The translations under genes were made by a program, and so were the position numbers. Shown here piece by piece: positions 20,641 to 33,100 of a stretch of DNA of 64,000 nt. The notes under the pieces are model-generated. The model saw nothing but the letters and a program-made list of their open reading frames with translations. It had not been told where the DNA came from and did no database searches. The stretch spans positions 403,434,001 through 403,498,000 of the forward strand of contig OZ024740.1 in NCBI GenBank assembly GCA_964016885.1, in the 5' to 3' direction. Position 1 is the stretch's first letter. Each line of letters begins with the position of its first letter. Source of the stretch: Eledone cirrhosa (taxonomy: Eukaryota).

Positions 20641-23600
20641 GTAGATTAGTAGGCAGGTGGCTAGAGATGTAGGTATGTAGGTAGGTAGGTAGATTAGTAG
20701 GCAGGTGGCTAGAGATGTAGGTAGGCAGGTAGATTAGTAGGCAGGTGGCTAGAGATGTAGGTATGTAGGTAGGCAGGTATGTTAGTAGGCAGGTGGCTAG
20801 ACATGTAGGTAGGCAGGTATGTTAGTAGGCAGGTGGCTAGAGATGTAGGTATGTAGGTAGGCAGGTAGATTAGTAGGCAGGTGGCTAGAGGTGTAGGGAT
20901 GTAGGTAGGTAGGTAGATTAGTAGGCAGGTGGCTAGAGATTTAGGGATGTAGGTAGGTAGGTAGATTAGTAGGCAGGTGGCTAGAGATGTAGGTATGTAG
21001 CTAGATTAGTAGGCAGGTGGCTAGAGATGTAGGTAGGCAGGTATGTTAGTAGGCAGGTGGCTAGAGATGTAGGTATGTAGGTAGGCAGGTAGATTAGTAG
21101 GCAGGTGGCTAGAGATGTAGGTATGTAGGTAGGCAGGTAGATTAGTAGGCAGGTGGCAAGAGATGTAGGTATGTAGGTAGGCAGGTAGATTAGTAGGCAC
21201 GTGGCAAGAGGTGTAGGTAGGCAGGCAGGTATGTTAGTAGACAGGTAGTTAGAGATGTAGATAGGCAGGTAGATTAGTAGACAGGTGGCTAGAGATGTAG
21301 GTATGTAGGTAAGCAGGTAAATTAGTAGGCAGGTGGCTAAAAATGTGTAGGTAGGCAGGTAGATTAGTAGGCAGGTGGCTAGAGATGTAGGTGGGCAGGT
21401 AGATTAGTAGGCAGGTGGCTAAAGATGTAGGTATATAGGTAGATTAGTAGACAGGTGGCTAGAGATGTAGGTAGGCAGGTATGTTAGTAGGCAGGTGGCT
21501 AGAGATGTAGGTATGTAGGTAGGCAGGTAGATTAGTAGACAGGTGGCTAGAGATGTAGGTAGGCAGGTATGTTAGTAGGCAGGTGGATAGAGATGTAGGT
21601 ATGTAGGTAGGCAGGTATGTTAGTGGGCAGGTGGCTAGGTAGGCAGGTAGATTAGTAGACAGGTGACTAGAGATGTAGGTAGGCAAATAGAATAGTAGGC
21701 AGGTGGCTAGAGATGTAGGTATGTAGGTAGGCAGGTATGTTAGTAGGCAGGTGGCTAGAGATGTAGGTAAGTAGGTAGGCAGGTAGAATAGTAGGCAGGT
21801 GGCTATAGATGTAGGTATATAGGTAGGCAGGTAGAATAGTAGGCAGGAGGCTAGAGATGTAGGTATGTAGGTAGGAAGGTAGAATAGTAGGCAGGTGGCT
21901 AGAGATGTAGGTAGGCAGGTAGATTAGAAGGCAGGTGGCTAGAGATGTAGGTAGGCAGGTAGATTAGTAGACAGGTGTCTAGAGATGTAGGTATGTAGGT
22001 AGGTAGAATAGTAGGCAGGTGGGAAGAGATGTAGAAAGGCAGGTAAATTGGTAGGCAGATGGCTAGAGATGTAGGTAGGCAGGTAGATTAGTAGGCAGGT
22101 GGCTAGAGATGTAGGTATGAAGGTAGGCAGGTATGTTAGTAGGCAGGTGGCTAGAGATGTAGATAGGCAGGTAGATTAGTAGACAAGTGGCTAGAGATGT
22201 AGGTATGTAGGTAGGCAGGTAGATTAGTAGGCAGGTGGCTAGAGATGTAGGTATGTAGGTAGGCAGGTAGATTAGTAGGCATGTGGCTAGAGATCTAGGT
22301 ATGTAGGTAGGCAGGTAGATTAGTAGGCAAGTGGCTAGAGATGTAGGTATAGGTAGATTAGTAGGCAGGTGGCTAGAGATGTAGGTATGTAGGTAGGCAG
22401 GTAGATTAGTAGAAAGGTGGCTAGAGATGTAGGTATGTAGGTAGGCAGGTAGATTAGTAGGCAGGTGGCTAGAGATTTAGGTATGTAGGTAGGCAGGTAG
22501 ATTAGTAGGCAGGTGGCTACAGATGTAGGTATGTAGGTAGGCAGGTAGATTAGTAGACAGGTGGCAAGAGATGTAGGTATCTAGGTAGGCAGGTATGTTA
22601 GTAGGCAGGTGGCTAGAGATGTAGGTATGAAGTTAGGCAGGTAGATTAGTAGACAGGTGGCTAGAGATGTAGGTATGTAGGTAGGCAGGTAGAATAGTAG
22701 GCAGGTGGCTAGAGATGTAGGTATGTAGGTAGGCAGGTAGATTAGTAGGCGGGTGGCTAGAGATGTAGGTAGGCAGGTATGTTAGTAGGCAGGTGGCTAG
22801 AGATGTAGGTATGTAGTTAGGCAGGTAGATTAGTAGGCAGGTGGCAAGAGATGTAGGTATGTAGGTAGGCAGGTAGATTAGTAGGCACGTGGCAAGAGGT
22901 GTAGGAAGGCAGGCAGGTATGTTAGTAGGCAGGTAGCTAGAGATGTAGGTAGGCAGGTGGTTAGAGATGTAGATAGGCAGGTAGATTAGTAGACAGGTGG
23001 CTAGAGATGTAGGTATGTAGGTAAGCAGGTAAATTAGTAGGCAGGTGGCTAAAAATGTGTAGGTAGGCAGGTAGATATGTAGGCAGGTGGCTAGAGATGT
23101 AGGTGGGCAGGTAGATTAGTAGGCAAGATGTAGGTATGTAGGTAGGCAGGTAGATTAGTAGGCAGGTGGCTAGAGATGTAGGTAGGCAGGTATGTTAGTA
23201 GACAGGTGGCTAGAGATGTAGGTATGTAGGTAGGTAGATTAGTAGACAGGTGGCTAGAGATATAGGTAGGCAGGTATGTTAGTAGGCAGGTGGATAGAGA
23301 TGTAGGTATGTAGGTAGGCAGGTATGTTAGTGGGCAGGTGGCTAGGTAGGCAGGTAGATTAGTAGACAGGTGGCTAGAGATGTAGGTAGCCAAATAGAAT
23401 AGTAGGCAGGTGGCTAGAGATGTAGGTATGTAGGTAGGCAGGTATGTTAGTAGGCAGGTGGCTAGAGATGTAGGTATGTAGGTAGGCAGGTAGAATAGTA
23501 GGCAGGTGGCTAGAGATGTAGGTATGTAGGCAGGTAGATTAGTAGGCAGGTGGCTAGAGATGTAGGTATGTAGGTAGGAAGGTAGAATAGTAGGCAGGTG

Positions 23601-26600
23601 GCTAGAGATGTAGGTAGGCAGGTAGATTAGTAGACAGGTGGCTAGAGATGTAGGTATGTAGGTAGGCAGGTAGATTAGTAGGCAGGTGGCTAGATATGTA
23701 GGTATGTAGGTAGGCAGGTAGATTAGTAGGCAGGTGGCTAGAGATGTAGGTATGTAGGTAGGAAGGTAGAATAGTAAGCAGGTGGCTAGAGATGTAGGTA
23801 GGCAGGTAGATTAGTAGGCAGGTGGCTAAAGATGTAGGTAGGCAGGTAGATTAGTAGACAGGTGTCTAGAGATGTAGGTATGTAGGTAGGTAGAATAGTA
23901 GGCAGGTGGGAAGAGATGTAGAAAGGCAGGTAAATTAGTAGGCAGGTGGCTAGAGATGTAGGTAGGCAGGTAGATTAGTAGACAAGTGGCTAGAGATGTA
24001 GGTATGTAGGTAGGCAGGTAGATTAGTAGGCAGGTGGCTAGAGATGTAGGTATGTAGGTAGGCAGGTAGATTAGTAGGCAGGTGGCTAGAGATGTAGGTA
24101 TGTAGGTAGGCAGGTAGATTAGTAGGCAGGTGGCTAGAGATGTAGGTATGTAGGTAGGCACGTAGATTAGTAGGCAGGTGGCTAGAGATGTAGGTAGGCA
24201 GGTAGATTAGTAGACAGGTGGCAAGAGATGTAGGTATCTAGGTAGGCAGGTATGTTAGTAGGCAGGTGGCTAGAGATGTTGGTATGAAGTTAGGCAGGTA
24301 GATTAGTAGGCAGGTGGCTAGAGATGTACGTATGTATGTAGGCAGGTAGATTAGTAGGCAGGTAGCTAGAGATGTAGATAGGCAGGTAGATTAGTAGACA
24401 GGTGGCTAGAGATGTAGGTATGTAGGTAGGCAGATAGAATAGTAGGCAGGTGGCTAGAGATGTAGGTATGTAGGTAGGCAGGTATGTTAGTAGGCAGGTG
24501 GCAAGAGATGTAGGTAGGCAGGTAGGCAGGTAGATTAGTAGACAGGTGGCTAGAGATGTAGGTATGTAGGTAGGCAGGTGGATTAGTAGGCAGGTGGCTA
24601 GAGATGTACGTATATATGTAGGCAGGTAGATTAGTAGGCAGGTAGCTAGAGATGTAGATAGGCAGGTAGATTAGTAGACAGGTGGTTAGAGATGTAGGTA
24701 TGTAGGTAGGCAGGTAGAATAGTAGGCAGGTGGCTAGAGATGTAGGAAGGCAGGTAAATTAGTAGGCAGGTGGCTAGAGATGTAGGTAGGCAGGTAGATT
24801 AGTAGGCAGGTGGCTAGAGATGTAGGTATGTAGGTAGGCAGGTATGTTAGTAGGCAGGTGGCTAGACATGTAGGTAGGCAGGTATGTTAGTAGGCAGGTG
24901 GCTAGAGATGTAGGTATGTAGGTAGGCAGGTAGATTAGTAGGCAGGTGGCTAGAGGTGTAGGGATGTAGGTAGGTAGGTAGATTAGTAGGCAGGTGGCTA
25001 GAGATTTAGGGATGTAGGTAGGTAGGTAGATTAGTAGGCAGGTGGCTAGAGATGTAGGTATGTAGCTAGATTAGTAGGCAGGTGGCTAGAGATGTAGGTA
25101 GGCAGGTATGTTAGTAGGCAGGTGGCTAGAGATGTAGGTATGTAGGTAGGCAGGTAGATTAGTAAGCAGGTGGCTAGAGATATTGGTATGTAGGTAGGCA
25201 GGTACATTAGTAGTCAGGTGGCTAGAGATGTAGGTATAGGTAGATTAGTAGGCAGGTGGCTAGAGATGTAGGTATGTAGGTAGGCAGGTAGATTAGTAGA
25301 CAGGTTGCTAGAGATGTAGGTATGTAGGTAGGCAGGTGGCTAGGGATGTAGGTTGGCATGTATATTAGTAGGCAGGTGGCTAGAGATGTAGGTATGTAGG
25401 TCGGCAGGTAGATTAGTAGGCAGGTGGCTAGAGGTGTAGGTATGTAGGTAGGCAGGTATGTTAGTAGGCAGGTGGCTAGAGATGTAGGTATGTAGGTAGG
25501 CAGGTAGATTAGTAGGCAGGTGGCTAGAGATGTAGGTATGTAGGTAGGCAGGTATGTTAGTAGACAGGCGGCTAGAGATGTAGGTATGTAGGTAGGCAGG
25601 TAGATTAGTAGGCAGGTGGCTAGAGATATAGGAAGGCAGGTAAATTAGTAGGCAGGTGGCTCGAGATGTAGGTATGTAGGTAGGCAGGTAGATTAGTAGG
25701 CAGGTGGCTAGAGATGTAGGTATGTAGGTAGGCAGGTATGTTAGTAGACAGGTGGCCAGAGATGTAGGTAGGCAGGTCGATTAGTAGGCAGGTGGCTAGA
25801 GATGTAGGTATAGGTAGATTAGTAGGCAGGTGGCTAGAGATGTAGGTATGTAGGTAGGCAGGTAGATTAGTAGAAAGGTGGCTAGAGATGTAGGTATGTA
25901 GGTAGGCAGGTAGATTAGTAGGCAGGTGGCTAGAGATGTAGGTATGTAGGTAGGCAGGTAGATTAGTAGGCAGGTGGCTACAGATGTAGGTATGTAGGTA
26001 GGCAGGTAGATTAGTAGACAGGTGGCAAGAGATGTAGGTATCTAGGTAGGCAGGTATGTTAGTAGGCAGGTGGCTAGAGATGTAGGTATGAAGTTAGGCA
26101 GGTAGATTAGTAGACAGGTGGCTAGAGATGTAGGTATGTAGGTAGGCAGGTAGAATAGTAGGCAGGTGGCTAGAGATGTAGGTATGTAGGTAGGCAGGTA
26201 GATTAGTAGGCGGGTGGCTAGAGATGTAGGTAGGCAGGTATGTTAGTAGGCAGGTGGCTAGAGATGTAGGTATGTAGGTAGGCAGGTAGATTAGTAGGCA
26301 GGTGGCAAGAGATGTAGGTATGTAGGTAGGCAGGTAGATTAGTAGGCACGTGGCAAGAGGTGTAGGAAGGCAGGCAGGTATGTTAGTAGGCAGGTAGCTA
26401 GAGATGTAGGTAGGCAGGTGGTTAGAGATGTAGATAGGCAGGTAGATTAGTAGACAGGTGGCTAGAGATGTAGGTATGTAGGTAAGCAGGTAAATTAGTA
26501 GGCAGGTGGCTAAAAATGTGTAGGTAGGCAGGTAGATATGTAGGCAGGTGGCTAGAGATGTAGGTGGGCAGGTAGATTAGTAGGCAAGATGTAGGTATGT

Positions 26601-28420
26601 AGGTAGGCAGGTAGATTAGTTGGCAGGTGTCTAGAGATGTAGGTAGGCAGGTATGTTAGTAGACAGGTGGCTAGAGATGTAGGTATGTAGGTAGGTAGAT
26701 TAGTAGACAGGTGGCTAGAGATATAGGTAGGCAGGTACGTTAGTAGGCAGGTGGATAGAGATGTAGGTATGTAGGTAGGCAGGTATGTTAGTGGGCAGGT
26801 GGCTAGGTAGGCAGGTAGATTAGTAGACAGGTGGCTAGAGATGTAGGTAGCCAAATAGAATAGTAGGCAGGTGGCTAGAGATAATGGTATGTAGGTAGGC
26901 AGGTAGAATAGTAGGCAGGTGGCTAGAGATGTAGGTATGTAGGCAGGTAGATTAGTAGGCAGGTGGCTAGAGATGTAGGTATGTAGGTAGGAAGGTAGAA
27001 TAGTAGGCAGGTGGCTAGAGATGTAGGTAGGCAGGTAGATTAGTAGACAGGTGGCTAGAGATGTAGGTATGTAGGTAGGCAGGTAGATTAGTAGGCAGGT
27101 GGCTAGATATGTAGGTATGTAGGTAGGCAGGTAGATTAGTAGGCAGGTGGCTAGAGGTGTAGGTATGTAGGTAGGCAGGTATGTTAGTAGGCAGGTGGCT
27201 AGAGATGTAGGTATGTAGGTAGGCAGGTAGATTAGTAGGCAGGTGGCTAGAGATGTAGGTATGTAGGTAGGCAGGTATGTTAGTAGACAGGCGGCTAGAG
27301 ATGTAGGTATGTAGGTAGGCAGGTAGATTAGTAGGCAGGTGGCTAGAGATATAGGAAGGCAGGTAAATTAGTAGGCAGGTGGCTCGAGATGTAGGTATGT
27401 AGGTAGGCAGGTAGATTAGTAGGCAGGTGGCTAGAGATGTAGGTATGTAGGTAGGCAGGTATGTTAGTAGACAGGTGGCCAGAGATGTAGGTAGGCAGGT
27501 CGATTAGTAGGCAGGTGGCTAGAGATGTAGGTATAGGTAGATTAGTAGGCAGGTGGCTAGAGATGTAGGTATGTAGGTAGGCAGGTAGATTAGTAGAAAG
27601 GTGGCTAGAGATGTAGGTATGTAGGTAGGCAGGTAGATTAGTAGGCAGGTGGCTAGAGATGTAGGTATGTAGGTAGGCAGGTAGATTAGTAGGCAGGTGG
27701 CTACAGATGTAGGTATGTAGGTAGGCAGGTAGATTAGTAGACAGGTGGCAAGAGATGTAGGTATCTAGGTAGGCAGGTATGTTAGTAGGCAGGTGGCTAG
27801 AGATGTAGGTATGAAGTTAGGCAGGTAGATTAGTAGACAGGTGGCTAGAGATGTAGGTATGTAGGTAGGCAGGTAGAATAGTAGGCAGGTGGCTAGAGAT
27901 GTAGGTATGTAGGTAGGCAGGTAGATTAGTAGGCGGGTGGCTAGAGATGTAGGTAGGCAGGTATGTTAGTAGGCAGGTGGCTAGAGATGTAGGTATGTAG
28001 GTAGGCAGGTAGATTAGTAGGCAGGTGGCAAGAGATGTAGGTATGTAGGTAGGCAGGTAGATTAGTAGGCACGTGGCAAGAGGTGTAGGAAGGCAGGCAG
28101 GTATGTTAGTAGGCAGGTAGCTAGAGATGTAGGTAGGCAGGTGGTTAGAGATGTAGATAGGCAGGTAGATTAGTAGACAGGTGGCTAGAGATGTAGGTAT
28201 GTAGGTAAGCAGGTAAATTAGTAGGCAGGTGGCTAAAAATGTGTAGGTAGGCAGGTAGATATGTAGGCAGGTGGCTAGAGATGTAGGTGGGCAGGTAGAT
28301 TAGTAGGCAAGATGTAGGTATGTAGGTAGGCAGGTAGATTAGTTGGCAGGTGTCTAGAGATGTAGGTAGGCAGGTATGTTAGTAGACAGGTGGCTAGAGA
28401 TGTAGGTATGTAGGTAGGTA
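20641..28420. repeat. TAGG-derived 40/48-bp satellite, block 1
   Basis: Monomer [GTAGGTAT]-GTAGGTAG-GCAGGTAG-ATTAGTAG-GCAGGTGG-CTAGAGAT. Confidence 0.98.
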
Positions 28421-29965
28421 AGTTTCTTTTATTTGCCACTAGGGCATCAAAAGTGGGACAAGTACAAAGGGGGGAGTTTACACAAAAAGGCGTCCTCAAT
28501 AAGGAGGAGGCAATAACAAAATATAAAAATAAAATAAGATATAACAAAAAATAAAATTTTTAACAAAATCCTCAATAGAGAGGAGGCGACTTGGGGGGTC
28601 GCACACACCCCCGAAAAAAGTGTGCAACCCTTCTCCTCAGGAGCACAGAGAAGGGGTGCTCCCTTGGTCTTTCATCTTCCTCACCTATAGTCTGATGTAG
28701 AGTGAAGGCCCATTCACACGGACCATTCTCGCCACTTTCACCCATCTTTCATAGAAACGGCTGGGGTGCAGCACCTCTCTCTCCATCCTGATCCTTCTTC
28801 CGAAATGATATCGGAAGAAACGGACCAGTTGTTGGCCAGAGAGAAAGGTGCCTGACCTCAGTCCTTTCAGACGCGTCCACCATACAACCTCTTTCGCCAT
28901 GGCTATTACGCACAGAAACACCGCCTCTGCTTCATCTTTGAAGGGGGGAGGCGGCTTGATCATTACAATAGACTCGGTGGTCAACCGGATCGGTCCCACC
29001 CTTGACAGCAGTTGTTCGACATAGCCCCACAGATCGGCTACGCCCGAGCAGTGTACCAATGCGTGTGCAACGGTTTCCTCGTCGCACACGCATCTGGGAC
29101 AGATCTTTTTGGCGGGGTCCCTACCCGGGCGCCCGTGTCTGTAGAGCCTTTCTCGAACGGGTAAAGCCCCTCGGTAGCACTGCCAGGCCAGGGATTTCTG
29201 GAAGTTGTCCATAGGTCCTGGGCTGAATGTCCTACCGAACAGGCTGGCCAGTTCGTCCTCCTCCATATCTAGGGCTTCTCCGAGGGCGTCGTCGCACCTG
29301 CTGCGTACCAGCCCTCTATAGAATGTTGCGGTGGAGTCTCCACTGATAACCGGATCCGCCTGCCAGAGGGCGGTGAGCGCCTGGGCACACTCAGTGTGCC
29401 AGGCGCCCAGTTTTCTCGGTCTTTGCTTGACCCAGGATTGCAGCTCGGTGAGTGAGACGAGTCTGGGAAAGGTTCGTCTCACAAACGAGGCCCACACCGG
29501 TTGTCCGGTGAGGAATACGTAGAGGTGCCGTAGCCTTAATGCGTGTTTACGCATCATTAGCCACGGCATCCCCAGCCCTCCTTTCGAAGGGTGTTGACAG
29601 CAGATGGATCTCCTCACCATAGGAGCCCGCCTCTTCCAAAGGAATTGGAAGAGCGCGCGCTCCATCTTGGTGAGGGTTTACCTTGGGCAGGGCACTACGG
29701 TCAGGCGGTAGTAGATGACGGACGCTATGTAGGTGTTCGCCACTTCCGCCCGACCTTTCAGGGATAGTTTGCAACTGGCCCACTTCTGGGTCAGTGCAAA
29801 CACCCTGTTCGTAACCTCCACCCAGTTTTTCTCCACCTGGAGGTCCGGTCCGAACCAGACCCCGAGCAACTTCACCGGGCCCTCCGTCCAGCGTCCGACG
29901 ACGCTATCGGGGGGCATCGGCCTGCCCCTCCACGTGCCGAGTTGCAAACCGATCGACTTGTCCCG
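28421..29965 (-). mobile_element. Tx1/L1-type LINE 3' fragment, copy 2 (chimeric duplicate of copy 1)
   Basis: Offset 9478 from copy 1, with the same 5' truncation, premature stop and right flank. The left flank differs, and there are 4 differences in the first ~300 bp. Confidence 0.92.
28685..29947 (-). pseudogene. Tx1-like ORF2 C-terminus with premature stop
   Basis: Translation is identical to copy 1 except ARMARV versus ARMVRV. Confidence 0.9.
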
Positions 29966-30118
29966 AGTAGATAGGTTGGTATATAAGTAGGAGTGTAGGT
30001 AGGTAGGTAGGTAGGTATGTAGGTAGGTAGGTAGGTAGGTAGGTAGGTAGGTAGGTAGGTAGGTAGGTAGGTAGGTAGGTAGATGGCTAGGAAGGTGGGA
30101 TTGTAGGTAGCTAAATGG

Positions 30119-33100
30119 GTAGATTAGTAGGCAGGTGGCTAGAGATGTAGGTATGTAGGTAGGTAGGTAGATTAGTAGGCAGGTGGCTAGAGATGTAGGT
30201 AGGCAGGTAGATTAGTAGGCAGGTGGCTAGAGATGTAGGTATGTAGGTAGGCAGGTATGTTAGTAGGCAGGTGGCTAGACATGTAGGTAGGCAGGTATGT
30301 TAGTAGGCAGGTGGCTAGAGATGTAGGTATGTAGGTAGGCAGGTAGATTAGTAGGCAGGTGGCTAGAGGTGTAGGGATGTAGGTAGGTAGGTAGATTAGT
30401 AGGCAGGTGGCTAGAGATTTAGGGATGTAGGTAGGTAGGTAGATTAGTAGGCAGGTGGCTAGAGATGTAGGTATGTAGCTAGATTAGTAGGCAGGTGGCT
30501 AGAGATGTAGGTAGGCAGGTATGTTAGTAGGCAGGTGGCTAGAGATGTAGGTATGTAGGTAGGCAGGTAGATTAGTAGGCAGGTGGCTAGAGATGTAGGT
30601 ATGTAGGTAGGCAGGTAGATTAGTAGGCAGGTGGCAAGAGATGTAGGTATGTAGGTAGGCAGGTAGATTAGTAGGCACGTGGCAAGAGGTGTAGGTAGGC
30701 AGGCAGGTATGTTAGTAGACAGGTAGTTAGAGATGTAGATAGGCAGGTAGATTAGTAGACAGGTGGCTAGAGATGTAGGTATGTAGGTAAGCAGGTAAAT
30801 TAGTAGGCAGGTGGCTAAAAATGTGTAGGTAGGCAGGTAGATTAGTAGGCAGGTGGCTAGAGATGTAGGTGGGCAGGTAGATTAGTAGGCAGGTGGCTAA
30901 AGATGTAGGTATATAGGTAGATTAGTAGACAGGTGGCTAGAGATGTAGGTAGGCAGGTATGTTAGTAGGCAGGTGGCTAGAGATGTAGGTATGTAGGTAG
31001 GCAGGTAGATTAGTAGACAGGTGGCTAGAGATGTAGGTAGGCAGGTATGTTAGTAGGCAGGTGGATAGAGATGTAGGTAGGCAGGTATGTTAGTGGGCAG
31101 GTGGCTAGGTAGGCAGGTAGATTAGTAGACAGGTGACTAGAGATGTAGGTAGGCAAATAGAATAGTAGGCAGGTGGCTAGAGATGTAGGTATGTAGGTAG
31201 GCAGGTATGTTAGTAGGCAGGTGGCTAGAGATGTAGGTAAGTAGGTAGGCAGGTAGAATAGTAGGCAGGTGGCTATAGATGTAGGTATATAGGTAGGCAG
31301 GTAGAATAGTAGGCAGGAGGCTAGAGATGTAGGTATGTAGGTAGGAAGGTAGAATAGTAGGCAGGTGGCTAGAGATGTAGGTAGGCAGGTAGATTAGAAG
31401 GCAGGTGGCTAGAGATGTAGGTAGGCAGGTAGATTAGTAGACAGGTGTCTAGAGATGTAGGTATGTAGGTAGGTAGAATAGTAGGCAGGTGGGAAGAGAT
31501 GTAGAAAGGCAGGTAAATTGGTAGGCAGATGGCTAGAGATGTAGGTAGGCAGGTAGATTAGTAGGCAGGTGGCTAGAGATGTAGGTATGAAGGTAGGCAG
31601 GTATGTTAGTAGGCAGGTGGCTAGAGATGTAGATAGGCAGGTAGATTAGTAGACAAGTGGCTAGAGATGTAGGTATGTAGGTAGGCAGGTAGATTAGTAG
31701 GCAGGTGGCTAGAGATGTAGGTATGTAGGTAGGCAGGTAGATTAGTAGGCATGTGGCTAGAGATCTAGGTATGTAGGTAGGCAGGTAGATTAGTAGGCAA
31801 GTGGCTAGAGATGTAGGTATAGGTAGATTAGTAGGCAGGTGGCTAGAGATGTAGGTATGTAGGTAGGCAGGAAGATTAGTAGAAAGGTGGCTAGAGATGT
31901 AGGTATGTAGGTAGGCAGGTAGATTAGTAGGCAGGTGGCTAGAGATTTAGGTATGTAGGTAGGCAGGTAGATTAGTAGGCAGGTGGCTACAGATGTAGGT
32001 ATGTAGGTAGGCAGGTAGATTAGTAGACAGGTGGCAAGAGATGTAGGTATCTAGGTAGGCAGGTATGTTAGTAGGCAGGTGGCTAGAGATGTAGGTATGA
32101 AGTTAGGCAGGTAGATTAGTAGACAGGTGGCTAGAGATGTAGGTATGTAGGTAGGCAGGTAGAATAGTAGGCAGGTGGCTAGAGATGTAGGTATGTAGGT
32201 AGGCAGGTAGATTAGTAGGCGGGTGGCTAGAGATGTAGGTAGGCAGGTATGTTAGTAGGCAGGTGGCTAGAGATGTAGGTATGTAGTTAGGCAGGTAGAT
32301 TAGTAGGCAGGTGGCAAGAGATGTAGGTATGTAGGTAGGCAGGTAGATTAGTAGGCACGTGGCAAGAGGTGTAGGAAGGCAGGCAGGTATGTTAGTAGGC
32401 AGGTAGCTAGAGATGTAGGTAGGCAGGTGGTTAGAGATGTAGATAGGCAGGTAGATTAGTAGACAGGTGGCTAGAGATGTAGGTATGTAGGTAAGCAGGT
32501 AAATTAGTAGGCAGGTGGCTAAAAATGTGTAGGTAGGCAGGTAGATATGTAGGCAGGTGGCTAGAGATGTAGGTGGGCAGGTAGATTAGTAGGCAAGATG
32601 TAGGTATGTAGGTAGGCAGGTAGATTAGTAGGCAGGTGGCTAGAGATGTAGGTAGGCAGGTATGTTAGTAGACAGGTGGCTAGAGATGTAGGTATGTAGG
32701 TAGGTAGATTAGTAGACAGGTGGCTAGAGATATAGGTAGGCAGGTATGTTAGTAGGCAGGTGGATAGAGATGTAGGTATGTAGGTAGGCAGGTATGTTAG
32801 TGGGCAGGTGGCTAGGTAGGCAGGTAGATTAGTAGACAGGTGGCTAGAGATGTAGGTAGCCAAATAGAATAGTAGGCAGGTGGCTAGAGATGTAGGTATG
32901 TAGGTAGGCAGGTATGTTAGTAGGCAGGTGGCTAGAGATGTAGGTATGTAGGTAGGCAGGTAGAATAGTAGGCAGGTGGCTAGAGATGTAGGTATGTAGG
33001 CAGGTAGATTAGTAGGCAGGTGGCTAGAGATGTAGGTATGTAGGTAGGAAGGTAGAATAGTAGGCAGGTGGCTAGAGATGTAGGTAGGCAGGTAGATTAG